NCBI RefSeq assembly: GCF_006345805.1
Contig: NC_042998.1
Coordinates: 129,828,001-129,892,000, forward strand
Length of the DNA: 64,000 bases
Source: Octopus sinensis
Taxonomy: Eukaryota
Direction: 5' to 3'
The translations under genes were made by a program, and so were the position numbers. The notes below the pieces were generated by a model that worked only from the letters and a program-made list of their open reading frames with translations, had not been told where the DNA came from and ran no database searches. Numbering within the stretch: position 1 is the stretch's first letter; each line of letters opens with the position of its first letter. Positions 40,330 to 55,319 of the stretch are shown here, in pieces.

Positions 40330-41262
40330 AGCCTTCCCAAGAACATTTATGCTGATATGCTTGCTACATTGGGGGATGACGCGGCAGCTTTCTCAACAGT
40401 GAAAAAGAGAGCAACTGATTATTAGCATATCCCGTGTGAGACTTGAGAATATTCTGTTCAATGAACTTGGAAGGACAATGGTTTCTGTTCAGTGGATGCC
40501 AAGTCATCTGACACTTGATCGAAAATGCACCAGACTGATCATATCACGGACAAATCTGACATTATTTCAGCTAGATACAGCTAGTGTCCTTGAACATTTC
40601 CTAACCCAGGAAGAATGTTGGCATCATCACATTGAGTCAAAGACAAAGAGACATTACATGTAGTAGCAACACTCCTCCCCACCTGCTTCAAAGAAGGCCA
40701 ATGTCGATTCATCTCAAGGGAAGAAAATGGTCTTAGTTTATTTTTGAATGCAAACGGCATTGTGTTTATTGAATATTTTTAAAAGGGCCACACCATCAGT
40801 GGAGAGTACTATGCCAACTTGTTGAGGCAATTACGAAAAGCTATCAAAACCAAACGTCCAGAGAAACTGATTAACAAAGTTATGGTTTATGAGGACAACA
40901 CTCCAGTACTCAAGTTCTTCGTTTCAATGGCTACTGTGCATGTCTGTGTTCTTGAACTGGTTGATCCCCGTCCCTATTTTCTTCATTTGGATTCGTCTGT
41001 CTATCATCTGTTTCCCAACAGGAAAAAAAACAAAACAACTTGGCTGTGAACAAGTTTCGGTGTGACAATGACTTTATATCTACCGTTGATGATTTTTTGG
41101 ATCAACATGAAAGCTTCTTCATCAACGTGATCCAAGCACTGCAACACCAATAAAAGAAGTGTGTGGACTGCAAGGGGGACTATTTTTATAAATAAACCTC
41201 TTTTGGTCACATTCAATGAGAGAATCTCGGTCAGCCGATGAATTCACTTGTCAGTCCTCGTA
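40330..41262 (+). mobile_element. Decayed mariner (DD34D) transposon
   Basis: DMLATLGDD, FLTQEECWHHH, LLRQLRKAIKTKRPEKL..EDNTP, ELVDPRPY..YHLFPN; ends CAGTCCTCG-TA. Confidence 0.85.
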
Positions 41263-41637
41263 TTCTATGAGTTTGTTGTTAAGTAGGATATACGTCGCAT
41301 TCTGATTTATGAGTTTTAATACATTTGTTTCTTTTAATGTACAATATGCAAACTTTGTGCATTTTTGGTACGTTCTACATCCATTCTGAATCTTGTGTTT
41401 TTCTATGACTCCGTTCACTAATCTGTTACTGTACACATTACAAAATAATGCGTGAATGACAAGTTCCTTATTGAAGACTTTTGTAGCGGATGAAAATTTA
41501 AAAGCCCATTTAAGAAGGGATTTGGCTGGAGATATTTAGTATATATAGGGGACACTTGTTATCAGCATCCATAAATATATATATGTGTGTGCATGTGTCT
41601 ATCTATTTCTCTTTCTCTCTCTCTCTCTCTCTCTCCC

Positions 41638-41737
<100 letters not shown>

Positions 41738-42294
41738 CCTACCTATCTATACACACACATGCGTGTGTTCATCTAGATCTATTTTGTCCTATTTCAACAT
41801 ATTTTCTTAACATGTATGTCAGTTCATCTAATTTCCATAATGTCTATAAGGCATTATTCAGCTCGGGTGTTACATCTTGCGCGTTCTCCTCGCTCTCTCT
41901 TGAATTATACTTTTCTTTTTTCCGGGCATATTTCTTCTGTACACCAACAAGGTTACAAACGATGATTACCTCCTCGTCACTTGTGACGCTTGCAAATACA
42001 CTGCGACACGCACGTACACACACACACGCATACACACACATACACACACACACACAAACACGAATACATATGTGGATATGTGTATTTATTCGTTTGACTA
42101 TGAACATTCATGCATATAGTCATTTGTAAATTGCTTTATATAACCGTGCGTGCATATATAAGTGCTGTGCGTATGAGTATATAAGTGATATCGATCTATT
42201 TATCAACCTATTTATCTATATATACGCGAGAAACTGGGACAAGGAGAAAGTGGATGAGAAAGAAAAAGGAATTTATTTGTGGGAGGAGACTGAC

Positions 42295-42395
<101 letters not shown>

Positions 42396-42412
42396 ATATC
42401 TATCTATCTATA

Positions 42413-42443
<31 letters not shown>

Positions 42444-42450
42444 ATATCTA

Positions 42451-42489
<39 letters not shown>

Positions 42490-42490
42490 G

Positions 42491-42547
<57 letters not shown>

Positions 42548-42957
42548 ATATATATATAATATATATATATATATAGCAATATATACGTTCTTTACAATTA
42601 AATAAAATATTAATTATAATATTTATATATATATATTTGTAATTCTGATTTTTATACTTCCAAGACTAAATAGACGTGTGAGTATGAAATTCGTCCTACG
42701 TCTTTGCATTTCATAAAATTTATACTTCCACACCAGTATGAATTTAAATATTAATATAAAAAGTTCACAAATACAACTATGCCCCCACTACACCAGTCAG
42801 CTATTTTCAACCTGAATCTCACATAACTCTAGCTACGCTGTATTTTATACACAAGACTGTACATGAAAAACCACATTTGAAATGTAATATGTTGTAATAT
42901 AATGCAATATAACAGTACCACTATCTCTGTTTCTATCTATCTATCTATCTATCTATC

Positions 42958-42998
<41 letters not shown>

Positions 42999-43024
42999 CC
43001 TCTCTCTCTCTCTCACTCTCTCTG

Positions 43025-43056
<32 letters not shown>

Positions 43057-43596
43057 TCTCTCTGTACAGGCACGCATAGACTTCGTGCTTCAACATAAGG
43101 CTTCCACTGATATTAAGTGCTCCTTATTAAATGTGTCGTAACTCAAAATATCGTTACTTCGCTATAAGAAATATAATTGGAATGAATAGAGGTAAATTTA
43201 GTAAATCTAGTATAGGGCAAAATATTTAGAATAATTTAAATCAAAGAATTAATTGCTCTATCAGGATTTCTCTAAAGTTGCACAGACGTTTACACATATG
43301 AAATATAAAGATCATCAACCATATATTTACGCAATTGATGCAAAAAAAAAAAAATTAATTTATACGAGGTGAAAATATTTCATCCGGAAAAATAATGAAA
43401 TATAAGATCAAAACACGATTATTGTTTTAGACATGATATATAGAAGACAGAACAGCCTTATATATTGACGCTCATGTAAAAATATAAATAGATACAGAAG
43501 AGACTCGGAAATACTAACAGGTATACAAATCTATGTACACAAACACACGCATACACATACATACAGACACAATTATATATACATATATATACTTAA

Positions 43597-44109
43597 TCTA
43601 TATATATAAAACTGTAGTTGTGTGAGTGTCTGTCCCCTTCGATTTAGATTCCTAACTACTCCCACATTTTGCGGTGCAGTTTAACCAAATTCGGGTATCT
43701 TATAGTCGTGATTCATATCGAGCCCGTCTGAGTAATAGTGCGCGTCTACGATGAGACTACGATTTTAAAAATAATTTAACATCATTTTTTATTCCATTTT
43801 AATGCATAATTTTTCGTGTGTCGATGGCGGCGGAGTTGGCGTCCATGGTCACACCTGCACCTGTTTGCTTCTCCCCCTTCTTCCCTCCCTCGTGAAGCTG
43901 TGGAGAAGGGAGTGTAAGGAAATCAACGTCGTAAAGCGTTATCAAGGAGACCAGCGTTCTTTTAGAACAACGACTTCATGGCTTGAAGACACCAAAACAG
44001 AAATGGCTAAGAAAGCCCGAATTGCCATCTATAAGGGAAGTAACTCTCTAAAAATGCTTATATAGTTATTTCCCTTACAAACCCGAGCAACGCCGGGCGA
44101 TACTGCTAG
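43597..44109 (+). mobile_element. Non-autonomous Helitron, different body from 17401-17760
   Basis: 5' TCTATATATATAAAA; 3' CCCGAGCAACGCCGGGCGATACTGCTAG; A|T target. Confidence 0.82.
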
Positions 44110-44139
44110 TTATATATACATATATACTTCTGTATATAT

Positions 44140-44210
<71 letters not shown>

Positions 44211-44220
44211 ATATATATAT

Positions 44221-44897
44221 ATTTTTCTAGTTTCAGCTCAGAGCTGCGGCCATGCTGATGCACCGCCGTTTTGTGCTACACTGTTATTACGACGAACCTC
44301 GTCTAATATGTGGCACTTGGTGAAGAATGGAGTTTGATACAGCTACTCTCGTTTGCACCTCTTGCCGAGAGGTAGGTTCATCTGGGACTCTTGACAGGAA
44401 GATGTCCAGCTTTGATTTAAAAACCGCTACATCTACCTTGTGCAAGTTCCTCAGACTCTTTGGGAGAATATTAAAAAGCTGTGGGCCCTTGAAACCCAGG
44501 CTGTTGCAGAAGCTGGTCCTGAAGCGTGATGGCATTGCTGGGATCTTTGGCACTATGCAGTGTCGTCCCGTTCTAGCATTGGTGTAGCTTACAATGCCAA
44601 AATTTGGCACAGCTCCTTCCAGGATCTTCCAGACATATATTACTGCATACCTCTCCCGTCTTCCCTCCAAGGAGTAGAGTCTTAGCTGTTTCAACCTTTC
44701 CCAGTAGCTGAGCTGTTGCAAAGAGACGATCTTCTTTGTGAATCTTCTCTGGATTGCTTCAAGGTCCGCTGTTAATTTTACACTGGTGGGTGACCATAGC
44801 TGTGAGCAGTAATCCAGGCGACTGAGGACGAATGTCCGCCAGAGGACCATCATGGTTTCCTTATCTCTTGTTCTGAATGTTCTAAGGATCCACCCTT
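44221..44897 (-). mobile_element. 5'-truncated CR1-group LINE with open ORF2 C-terminus
   Basis: 188-aa ORF LSRLDYCSQLWSP..LEAIQRRFTK..SYWERLKQLRLYSL..GPQLFNILP; 3' UTR stem-loop; (TA)n on both sides. Confidence 0.92.
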
Positions 44898-44924
44898 ATA
44901 TATACATATAAGGAATTTAAAAAT

Positions 44925-44956
<32 letters not shown>

Positions 44957-44957
44957 G

Positions 44958-45105
44958 GTAAACAGTAAAAATAATTACAGACATGGACAAGAACATGAAA
45001 CACCACAGAGACGACACAAGAACCACAGGACGGGACATTCGAAGCCCTCAGTCATCTGTCAAGAACCAGATCATCTTAGCAATTTCGGCTGATTAATCTT
45101 GAATT
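44958..45105 (-). repeat. Short TA-flanked repeat related to 53340-53625
   Basis: Shared GCCGAAATTGC.AAGAT.ATCTGG...CGAATG.CCCGTCC. Confidence 0.6.
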
Positions 45106-45524
45106 ATATTTATTATATATATATATATATATATAATATATATATATATATACGCATTCATACATAACAGTAAGGAAAGGGCGTATATATGCCAAAGTAA
45201 TCTATGGTTTGCATGTCTGCATATTGCAATCAATAGTATAACTATATTAAACGGTTTATACATCTAATCTAAATGAATTGATTATATATATATATGTATT
45301 ATATAATTATATGGATGACGTAGTTTATTCGATATTAACGAATTAAAAAGCGTGGCTCATAAGCAATTATAACCTAAACGCAAAATTAATAGAGGTCACA
45401 AAAGTGACAAATGTTACAGATTTAGCACCGCCTTTGCAAAAAATAAGAGTTAAAATAACTCAAAGCTACAAAACCACTGAACTTAATGACTGATAAAGGG
45501 ACCGCGATTTCGGATTGATCTTAT

Positions 45525-45592
<68 letters not shown>

Positions 45593-45825
45593 GCAAATGT
45601 GTGTCTGTGACGTTCTGAGACAATTCCTAAAACATTTATAAGGGTTAGAATAGGCGTAATTCGTGACTCTATACACTTTTAGCATATATTGTGAACCGGT
45701 CAGGTGTATGCCTATATATTAATATGTTAGTATATTCTAATCAAGTCTAATTTGTTCTGTGTGCATTGTCAACTACATTTCTTCTTTTATATTTATATAT
45801 ATATATATCCTTATTTATATAAATT

Positions 45826-46405
45826 CATATATTTATTTCGTCATTATATTCACTGCGGTGGTATTCTGACCATATCGCACGAGGAGTTTTAGGTGGGCAA
45901 TTTAAATTGGTCGTGTGCATACGCGCATATATATGTATACGTTCGTATATGTAAGTATATGGTATGTTGAATATATATATTATATATATATTATATATAT
46001 ATAATTATCTATATATATATATATATATTTGTATCTATGTGCTATCTTTGTATATTCCACTGATGAAGGCAGAGAATTTCTTATGCGAGCCAGAAATCCG
46101 GATCTAGAATTATCTTGTCTTCTCCTGGTGCTATATGAAAAATAATGTGGTTTTAGAGTCAGGTTTTGACTGCTATTTCCCGCGTGGAAATATACCTTGA
46201 ATTATAATTTTAAATAATTACTACCTTTGAAGGTTTTTATTCCCATGTTGGTCGCCTTATAAAATCGGTATTTAAAGATCGAACTTATCCTTATTTATAT
46301 TAATTCATACATTTATTTTCTCATTATATTCACTGTGGTGGTATTCTGAGCATATCGCAGGAAGAATTTTAAGCGGGCAATTTAAATTGGTCGTAGCATA
46401 CTGCA

Positions 46406-46465
<60 letters not shown>

Positions 46466-46749
46466 CTATATATATATATGTATGTATACGTTCGTATATG
46501 TAAGTATATCGTATGCTGTATATATATATATATATAAACAATTCATAAATGAGGGCAAAGGAAAACATTTCTAATGCCAAATATGCCGAAAGATTGGACA
46601 TATTTGGCATTAGGAATTTTCCTTTGCCCTCATTTATGAATTGTTTATAAATTTAACCGGTTAAAGGTATTTTTAATATGCTAGCCATTGATAAAATTTT
46701 TTCCGAGAAAATATTTTTTTTTTCGAACAGAATTTTATCCTCACATTTG

Positions 46750-46780
<31 letters not shown>

Positions 46781-47030
46781 ATATATATATATTTGTTTTA
46801 TGTGTCATCTGTGTATATTCCACTGATGAAGGTACAGCATTTTTTATGTAGAGCCAGAATTCCGGGATCTGGAATTATCCAGTCATTTTTTTGCGAGTTC
46901 ATTTTGTCTCTTTGTCTTCTCCCCTGGTGCTGTATGAACATTTAATGTGGTTTTAGAGTTAAGTTTTGACTGCTATTACCAGCGTGGTTATATCTCTTAG
47001 ATACCAAAATTATATAGTTTTAAGTAATTA
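45826..47030 (+). mobile_element. Two diverged tandem units of an HHR-bearing repeat
   Basis: Units ~45826-46285 and ~46286-47030; ATTCCA-CTGATGA-A-GGC..GCC-A-GAAA-TCCGGA-TC-TAGAAT at 46054-46110 and a variant at 46817-46875; third partial copy inverted at 48045-48210. Confidence 0.7.
46533..46649. repeat. Near-perfect ~52-bp-arm hairpin
   Basis: TATAAACAATTCATAAATGAGGGCAAAGGAAAA..CTAATGCCAAATATG and its reverse complement around a 13-nt loop. Confidence 0.9.
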
Positions 47031-47080
47031 CATACATAGATACATACATACATAACATAGATATTATATTATACATACAG

Positions 47081-47118
<38 letters not shown>

Positions 47119-47123
47119 CATAC

Positions 47124-47158
<35 letters not shown>

Positions 47159-47627
47159 AATGTGAGTTTGTTTCTATGTACTTGGTCGTAGAATGTTGCG
47201 TGTCTGTAATTGTGTATGTATTTATGTACATCATTCATATTATGCTTTTATTAATGTCAGTGTTGCCAATACATTAATTGTTTCCAAAATTAACCTACAG
47301 AGCGGTATGAATAAATTCAACAAATTTACTCATTGTGAATAACAAGGACAACAGTAATAATAACAACAACAGAAAAACTATAATAATAGCTATAAGAATA
47401 ATGCGAAAACAAAGTGAGAGATACAATAGAAACAAAGAAATCGGGAATTGACAGCTGAAAAGAATGTTGTATAAAAACGAAAACGAGACAAAAACGAGAA
47501 AAATGTCTCAGGATTATTTGTTATGATTAAACACCATGAAATGTTGTTCCAAAACAAACAGAAATGTTTTAATTTCTGTCACCTGAAATTTGATTGCCAA
47601 TTTGGATATTCGTATTTCTATTTATAC

Positions 47628-47675
<48 letters not shown>

Positions 47676-47830
47676 CACACACACAAACTATATATTATCT
47701 GTGTGTTGTATATATATATACAGAAACATAGGTATGCAAGTATGTATGTAATCTGTTACATGATGTGTGTGCTTGTGTGTGTGTGTCTCTCTTCTATATA
47801 TATATATATACATATTATATATAATATATA

Positions 47831-47868
<38 letters not shown>

Positions 47869-47886
47869 TACATGTTTTCATGAGAC

Positions 47887-47929
<43 letters not shown>

Positions 47930-48234
47930 ATATATATATATATATATTATAAGGAAAAGATCGTCAATTTAAATATCTATCTTATCAAGTAGCCAACGTT
48001 GGAATAAAAAATCTTCATAGGTAACAATTATTATTAAATTTATAATTTAGGGTATCTAAGAGATACCGCCACGCTGGAAATAGCAGCCAAAACAAGTCTC
48101 TAAAACCACATTAAATGTTCATACAGCACCGGGAGAGAAGACAAGATAAACTAGTAAAAAGTTACTGAATAATTCCAGAACCGGATTTCTGTCTTTGCAT
48201 AAGAAATGCTATACGTACATGTCTGTTTGTGTGA

Positions 48235-48330
<96 letters not shown>

Positions 48331-48332
<2 letters not shown>

Positions 48333-48540
48333 TCAAAATGTGACCCGCGGGTGTACTGTGGCGATTTTTTCCTCTGTCTTCCCTTCTTGGATCTTTCCTT
48401 CTCCTATGTTTCCGACGAAGATCTCCGCTCGAAACGTTAAACCCTCCTTTTTTCCTTCTTTCCTGAGCGTCCAATAATACTATATTTGTTCCACGTCCTC
48501 ACGTTGTTGTGTTTTTTGTGCTTCATGTTTGGATTAACTT
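48331..48540 (+). mobile_element. ~210-bp HHR-bearing element embedded in (TA)n
   Basis: 48408-48442: GTTT-CCGACGA-A-GATC tcc GCTC-GAAA-CG-TT-AAAC; (TA)n on both sides; no ORF. Confidence 0.65.
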
Positions 48541-48544
48541 TATA

Positions 48545-48588
<44 letters not shown>

Positions 48589-51039
48589 TAAGAGAGAGAG
48601 GGGGGGAGATTTATAGAATTCAGTCCAGTTCATTACTTTGTTAAGCCTGGTACTTATGTCATCGAAAAATATTTGAAGAACCACCATACACACATACATT
48701 CACACTCCTATCCCTTACACATACTATGAACTTTCTGTTTCCGTCTACCAAATCCAATCAGAAGCCTTTGCTTTATTCGGGGCTGTAATAGAAGGCACTA
48801 ACCCTAAATCCTGCACACTGGAACTGAAATCCGAACCATGTTGATCGGAAGCAAATCCCTAGGCGTTCAAATTGGGTGATGCAGAAATCCATGGTTAATG
48901 TGTGTTAACAAGAACTTATCTAAAATCACAATGTTACCACTGACATACTTTCTCCACGACATCCGAATATTTATGAATGAAATCTTACTTGCGAGAAATC
49001 CAATGCCTGGATATAGTGAAGTTATAAATAAACATCATTCCGAGAAAGCAAAATATATTTTCCGAAGATTGGAACGTACAAGAGCTGTGACTGTGGCCAT
49101 AATTTGTCATAAACTTATCGATGATCTTGTAGATTCTAGAATTAGTAGAATAATATGTATTCTAAAATCGTTTGACTAGTATCAAGTTTTAAATTACTAG
49201 AACTATGATAGCCCTCGAATTATTAGAATTCGACACATTTCAGAATGATCAAATTATTTGAATAACAGAATCAATGCGTCGAGTCAGTTTGTAAATGTTC
49301 CAATTCGTATGAGGAATGTGATTCTAAGACTAAAGAAAGCATAAAAATATCCTTAACTGAAATGCCTAAAGAAGACATAAACTGGATCAGATTGCTTAAT
49401 GTTCCAAGGCGCTGTCTACAAATATTTCGTATATATTCTAAAAATGAAATCTTTATTAATTATACTGAAGAAAGCTCAAACTATATATATCGAAATGGTC
49501 AAAATTATAGTTATCCACTGTTTATTCTTCATGGCGACAAGCAATACACTAATACTATTTATAGTATTAATTGCTGGGAATCGATACATTAGAAACAAAT
49601 CGATACTTATAGCACCAAGATATGGGACTAGTCACAACGTATCGAGTGAATGCATTTGTTTAGAATAAGTTTTTATAATTGATAATCAATTGAGATAAGA
49701 TTTATAGACTACAAACCGATATTTGCAAAGTGTTTCCCCGCCCAAGATAACTCGGCTTTTTAGCATGCTCAACGGTATTAATTCTACAGCCATTTGTTCA
49801 ATAGCTTTCTTCCTTCACTTTTTAGTGATCTTCTTCGATAAAGAGATGACCTGTTTTTTCTTTAGATTAGTTTCTGAAATCTCATATCTTTTAATCTCAA
49901 CAACATTATTCTACCGGTCGATATTTTTCTGGCTGATGTCCCTTTTAAGTGGTTTTGATGTTTTAATTTCTTTTTATAATAATAAATAAAATGTTTAAGT
50001 TGCCTTTTATGTCAGTTTTTTTTAAATGAGCTAATACTATGATTTTTATCATACATAGCAGAAAATTTACATTTTTCTACCATTACTACTATTAGTGGGA
50101 GCTATAAAGTCTAAAATAAATACTTATACAGAGATGCATACCGCTGTTTTCAGCAACAGTTTGAAAATAGGTGAAATTAGGTACTTTCACATTTTTATCA
50201 CTATTGATACGTCATGGTATAAATTATATCGTTACACCTTGTATAACAATATTCAGCCCATCAACTTTGGGTCAGTATATAAATAATTGGTGTTTGGCAC
50301 GATTTTATTGACATTTTAATAACCGGCTTTAGCTACTTTATCATACCACAAAAAACTAGATGTAGAATCAAGCAAACCATGATGAGCTGCAACAAGAGAA
50401 AAATGGCCGCTTCTATCATCGTCTCAAGCAGTCGTAAACATTGGTTTGTGCCCACACTTACAGTGATAAAAATTACTATAGATCTAATTCTGCATACTTT
50501 CTTATTTCTAAGCTAGTTGTATTGCTACACTAGTAATTACAATGGCATTCTCCTACGTTCTAATTGTATAAAATCAATAGATAAAAATGATGATAGACAT
50601 AAGTGAAGTTTGCATACAAATATTCAAGGAATAAAGTTTAGATAAAGGAAGGAATGGATACATATACGAAATAAAAATAGTAACAGATACGTTTGCAAAT
50701 TTTCAACAGTACAACGTAAAAAACAAAAGAATAATTCGCATCAACATTAAAAAAGAATTCATGAGAAAAGAATCTGATTACTACAGTAATGTCGGATATT
50801 TTTTTTTTTCAGAATGTGCTTAAGAATAGAATTTTGCAGGTGTTCCATAATTTTTGATCTGGAATCGGTATGTACGTATCAATGTATATATCTACGTAAC
50901 TAATAATGCACGCAAGCATAGAGGTATTTATGTACCTATGCTTACATACATACTTACATGGACACAGACATACATAATACAAATATATAAAACATATACA
51001 AATATCTAGGTATAAAGGCACATGTAAGTATGATATTTC

Positions 51040-51127
<88 letters not shown>

Positions 51128-51419
51128 CATATATATATATATTATATATATATATATATATCATAATCTTTATATATCCTTTTAGATATATACATACACA
51201 CATACACACTCACACACAATACACACACACACAATATATATATACATATATACTTACTTAGAAATGGATGCGTAGCGTTCCATTAAACAATATATATATG
51301 TATACATGCACACAACACACACATATATAACATACATATACATATATACATACAAATTTAAATATGTATATATACACTATATATACGTATATATATATAT
51401 ATAGATATATAATATATAA

Positions 51420-51459
<40 letters not shown>

Positions 51460-51507
51460 CGTATATATGTATATATACATACATATATATGTATATATAT
51501 ATATATA

Positions 51508-51733
51508 TGGCGTAGTGGTTAAGACCACGGGCTACTAACCCCAACATTCCGATTTCGACTCCAGACAGTGACCTGAATAATTAGTACAACACCAAAAACT
51601 CCGCCCCCCCCAAACAAAAACATATGGCACACTAGGCATAAGAACAACATGAACTTCCAACCTGTTGTCTCTTGAGGTCTCTGGGTGAGACTTGGAGCCA
51701 ACTTGTACAAATATAAAGCAAAACTCAAACATA

Positions 51734-51787
<54 letters not shown>

Positions 51788-51946
51788 TAATAACATCGAA
51801 AAATACCTTAGGAATGAGAAAAACAGGTTCGAAATTTCCTCAAGACACCTTATGAAGGCTGGAGGGTATATCAGCCGAAATGTTGTGTTGACAACAAACA
51901 AGATCAGGACAAATATCCGACAAATGTAAATAATGTAACTAATGTA
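51508..51946 (+). mobile_element. Family C copy in (TA)n, with an extra ~150-bp insert in its (AAT)n linker
   Basis: A box 51508-51518, B box-like 51551-51562, HHR motif 51844-51889 with two core mutations. Confidence 0.8.
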
Positions 51947-52063
51947 CATTAAGCATGTACTTTTTACTCATTTAAAACAAGAAAGTAAATGGATATAAAG
52001 AAGTAACTTTCACATCACCATTTTCTTGTCTTTCAAGTGGATATGAATTATATATATCTTTAT

Positions 52064-52099
<36 letters not shown>

Positions 52100-52467
52100 G
52101 TATGTATATGTAGAACGTTAAAACGTTTGCTGCATTGAAGACACATAATAGCCATTCTAAAACACACAAAGACAATTTTATTTATTCATTTAGCGTTTGT
52201 AATATGGTGTGAAGATTTGAACATGTTACCGTCAACACAAGTTCAAAGATCAAACCACTGTATTTATATATATATACAGTAGCGGTCATAATATGATGGC
52301 CATTAAGAACAAGTGCATTGAAATATTTATTATAGAATATTAACGAAACGTTGAGTCTAGATATTTTACACATATGTTGATATATTTAATATCTATCTTT
52401 CGTGAAGCTTCAAGTGAATGGAATAAATATTTCGTAAGTCATTAGGAAACAAACAGATTATATTCCA

Positions 52468-53330
52468 AACTGCAACAGCCAAAATTTAAGTGTGACTTAG
52501 AAAAACAATGAAAAATGGAACAAGAGCAAAAATGAAACCCCTACTATTAATATTTTGCGAACATCCCTATACTATCAATGACCTTCTGACGTCTGTTATA
52601 CAAGACTGAAATAATTTCATGAAAAATGATGGAATATTATTGTTCAATAATTCAGAGATCTCATATTGGTTCTTTGGAGCTCTCCTTCGAGCTCCATCTC
52701 CAATAATATTCCAGACGTTTTCTATAGGGTTGAGATCGGGACTTTGAGGTGGCCAGTCCATGAGATCAACCCCTTCATCACTCAAAAAATCTTTGACTTT
52801 CTTCGAGTGCGACAGGGAGCATTATTCCTGCACGAAGATAGGAGGTTTAACCGACGAGGATCGGAGATGAGAAAGGGCATGCAGTCTAAGAATCTGCTTG
52901 AAGATTTCAGCATTGACAGTTTCTTGTAAGTGAATAAGTCGACCAGGTCCTGCAGCAGAGATCCCTCCCAATACCATTACACTGCCTCCTGCATATTGCA
53001 CTGTCTTCTTCACATAAGCATGAGATAACATTTCCCCTGCCACTTCCACGTCGGACGTACACTCCCCCTATTGGAACCAATAGCATTAAACTTCGATTCA
53101 TGACTAAAATGAACCTGCGACCACTGTTCTTCTGTTCAAATGACACATTCGTGAGCGAAACGAAGACGAGCTCTTTGATTCTTCGGCCGCTTTGATTCTT
53201 TGGTTCGGCTGCTGTCCGTGCAACATCTATATTCTTCCCTGTTCCTGTGAAATCTTGTAGCACTGCCGTAAGGCTTTACTTCCACACACGCCTGTTTAAT
53301 TTAATTTGACGTTAGTCGAAAGACACCTGT
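52468..53330 (-). mobile_element. Decayed Tc1 (DD34E) transposon
   Basis: KKTVQYAGGSVMVLGGISAAGPGRL, PIFVQE, MDWPPQSPDLNPIENVW; 5' end interrupted near 53340. Confidence 0.9.
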
Positions 53331-53339
53331 TGTTAAGCC

Positions 53340-53622
53340 CTGTTATTTGTATTTATGTAACCTTCGCCGTTTTCTCTCCGTCCTTGTTTTCGTATACATT
53401 CGCTGCTTTCTTCTAAGGAATCTAATGCTTTTAGCTTAGATTTTTCTTGGGACTGGCCAGATCGCCGAAATTGCAAAGATAATCTGGAACTCGACTGAGG
53501 AAAGAAAACTCCGAATGACCCGTCCTTATTTTCTTTGTATCGTCTATCTGGATGTTTTGGTGTCCCTTTCTTGTATCACCTAACTGTCTGGATGTTTTGC
53601 GTTCTTGTCCCACTTTGTATTT

Positions 53623-53625
<3 letters not shown>
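53340..53625 (+). repeat. Non-coding repeat ending in (TA)n, related to 44958-45105
   Basis: Shared core as above; 3' end joins (TA)n at 53626. Confidence 0.6.
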
Positions 53626-53686
<61 letters not shown>

Positions 53687-53727
53687 CGGCGTACGGGCAC
53701 TTTGGTCTCTATATATATATATATATA

Positions 53728-53758
<31 letters not shown>

Positions 53759-53851
53759 ATCTGTGTGTGTGTGTCTGTTATATATATATATAATGTATAT
53801 ACTCATATTTATGTATACATACATATATATGTATTATGTATCGCACTTTCA

Positions 53852-53902
<51 letters not shown>

Positions 53903-54451
53903 GTTCCAGGCGTATATTTGAAACTTCTCTTATGAGCAGCGATATAGATTAATAAATAGTAATCTAGGGATATAAACACACAACACCTGTACGTCAATAT
54001 TACATACCAACGAGTTAACACTTAGTATCGATCGCATTTTTGTTCCCTGTTTGTAAGTACTGCACATTACTAGAAACTATATCTACAAGAGGTCACTAAA
54101 TGTAGGTTATTTAGAATACAAATGTTTTTGTTCATGCATTTATATTCCCAACTATGTAATTATTTACACATTTTATTTCATACTAAAATAGACACAGAAA
54201 CATAGAAACACACCCACATATTGAGGTGCTTGTATAACTACATGTATCTACATGTGTGCGTACGCATGTGTGTGTGCGTACTTATGTGTGTTTCTGTTGT
54301 GCCGCTATGTATATATTGTATTTTGTAATATCTTCTAATTCCATCATGTATATATGTGGCTTCGAATATTTCTGCATATTCATTAATCATTTACTTAAAC
54401 GTTCATATCTATTTCAACCTGACAAACATTCAAATAGTATATCTATACACA

Positions 54452-54528
<77 letters not shown>

Positions 54529-55124
54529 TATATATATATATATATATACTAAAAGAGGGGTGACTGTCCGTTTATGTGTGTGTACACATATATAAATAGG
54601 TGTAGATATACAGACACTCAAATGCAGACACTCAAATACGTTTTTATGTATGTATATATGCACACAGACACACAGACATACACACAGACATACACACAGA
54701 CACACACACACACATTTATAGATTTATATACACGCATATTTATGTGTGCCTGTGAGTGTATGGGTATGTAAATATACAAACTGACGTGTTTGTAGATGCG
54801 TGTATATTGATATTAAAAAAAAAGGAAAATTTGTCAATTTTCCAAACGTGTCACATCACTTTGACAGATTAGAATTTACCGTGACGAATAAAAGGTAGAT
54901 TTACTAAAAGAAGCAAAACATATTCCAGAGAATAATATAGGTTACTTATTTTAATTTCCGATTGGAAAATAGAAAGAAAATTGTTATGAAAGAAGCATTA
55001 TCAAATTAAAATACATCAACAAGTGTTAAAACAAAATATAGCTATATAAGTATACATAGATATATATGCATAGATAGAAACATACATAGATACATGCATA
55101 CACACAAGCACACGAACACACTCA

Positions 55125-55256
<132 letters not shown>

Positions 55257-55319
55257 TCAGTTTAATAACATCGTCGATTGAAAACCATGTTGGTGTGTTT
55301 ACGATCCATGGTCGCTTGA

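Noticed and set aside
53440-53525. Hammerhead in the 53340/44958 family
   Set aside because: CTGAGGA and GCCGAAATTGC are present but in the wrong order or without helix I pairing
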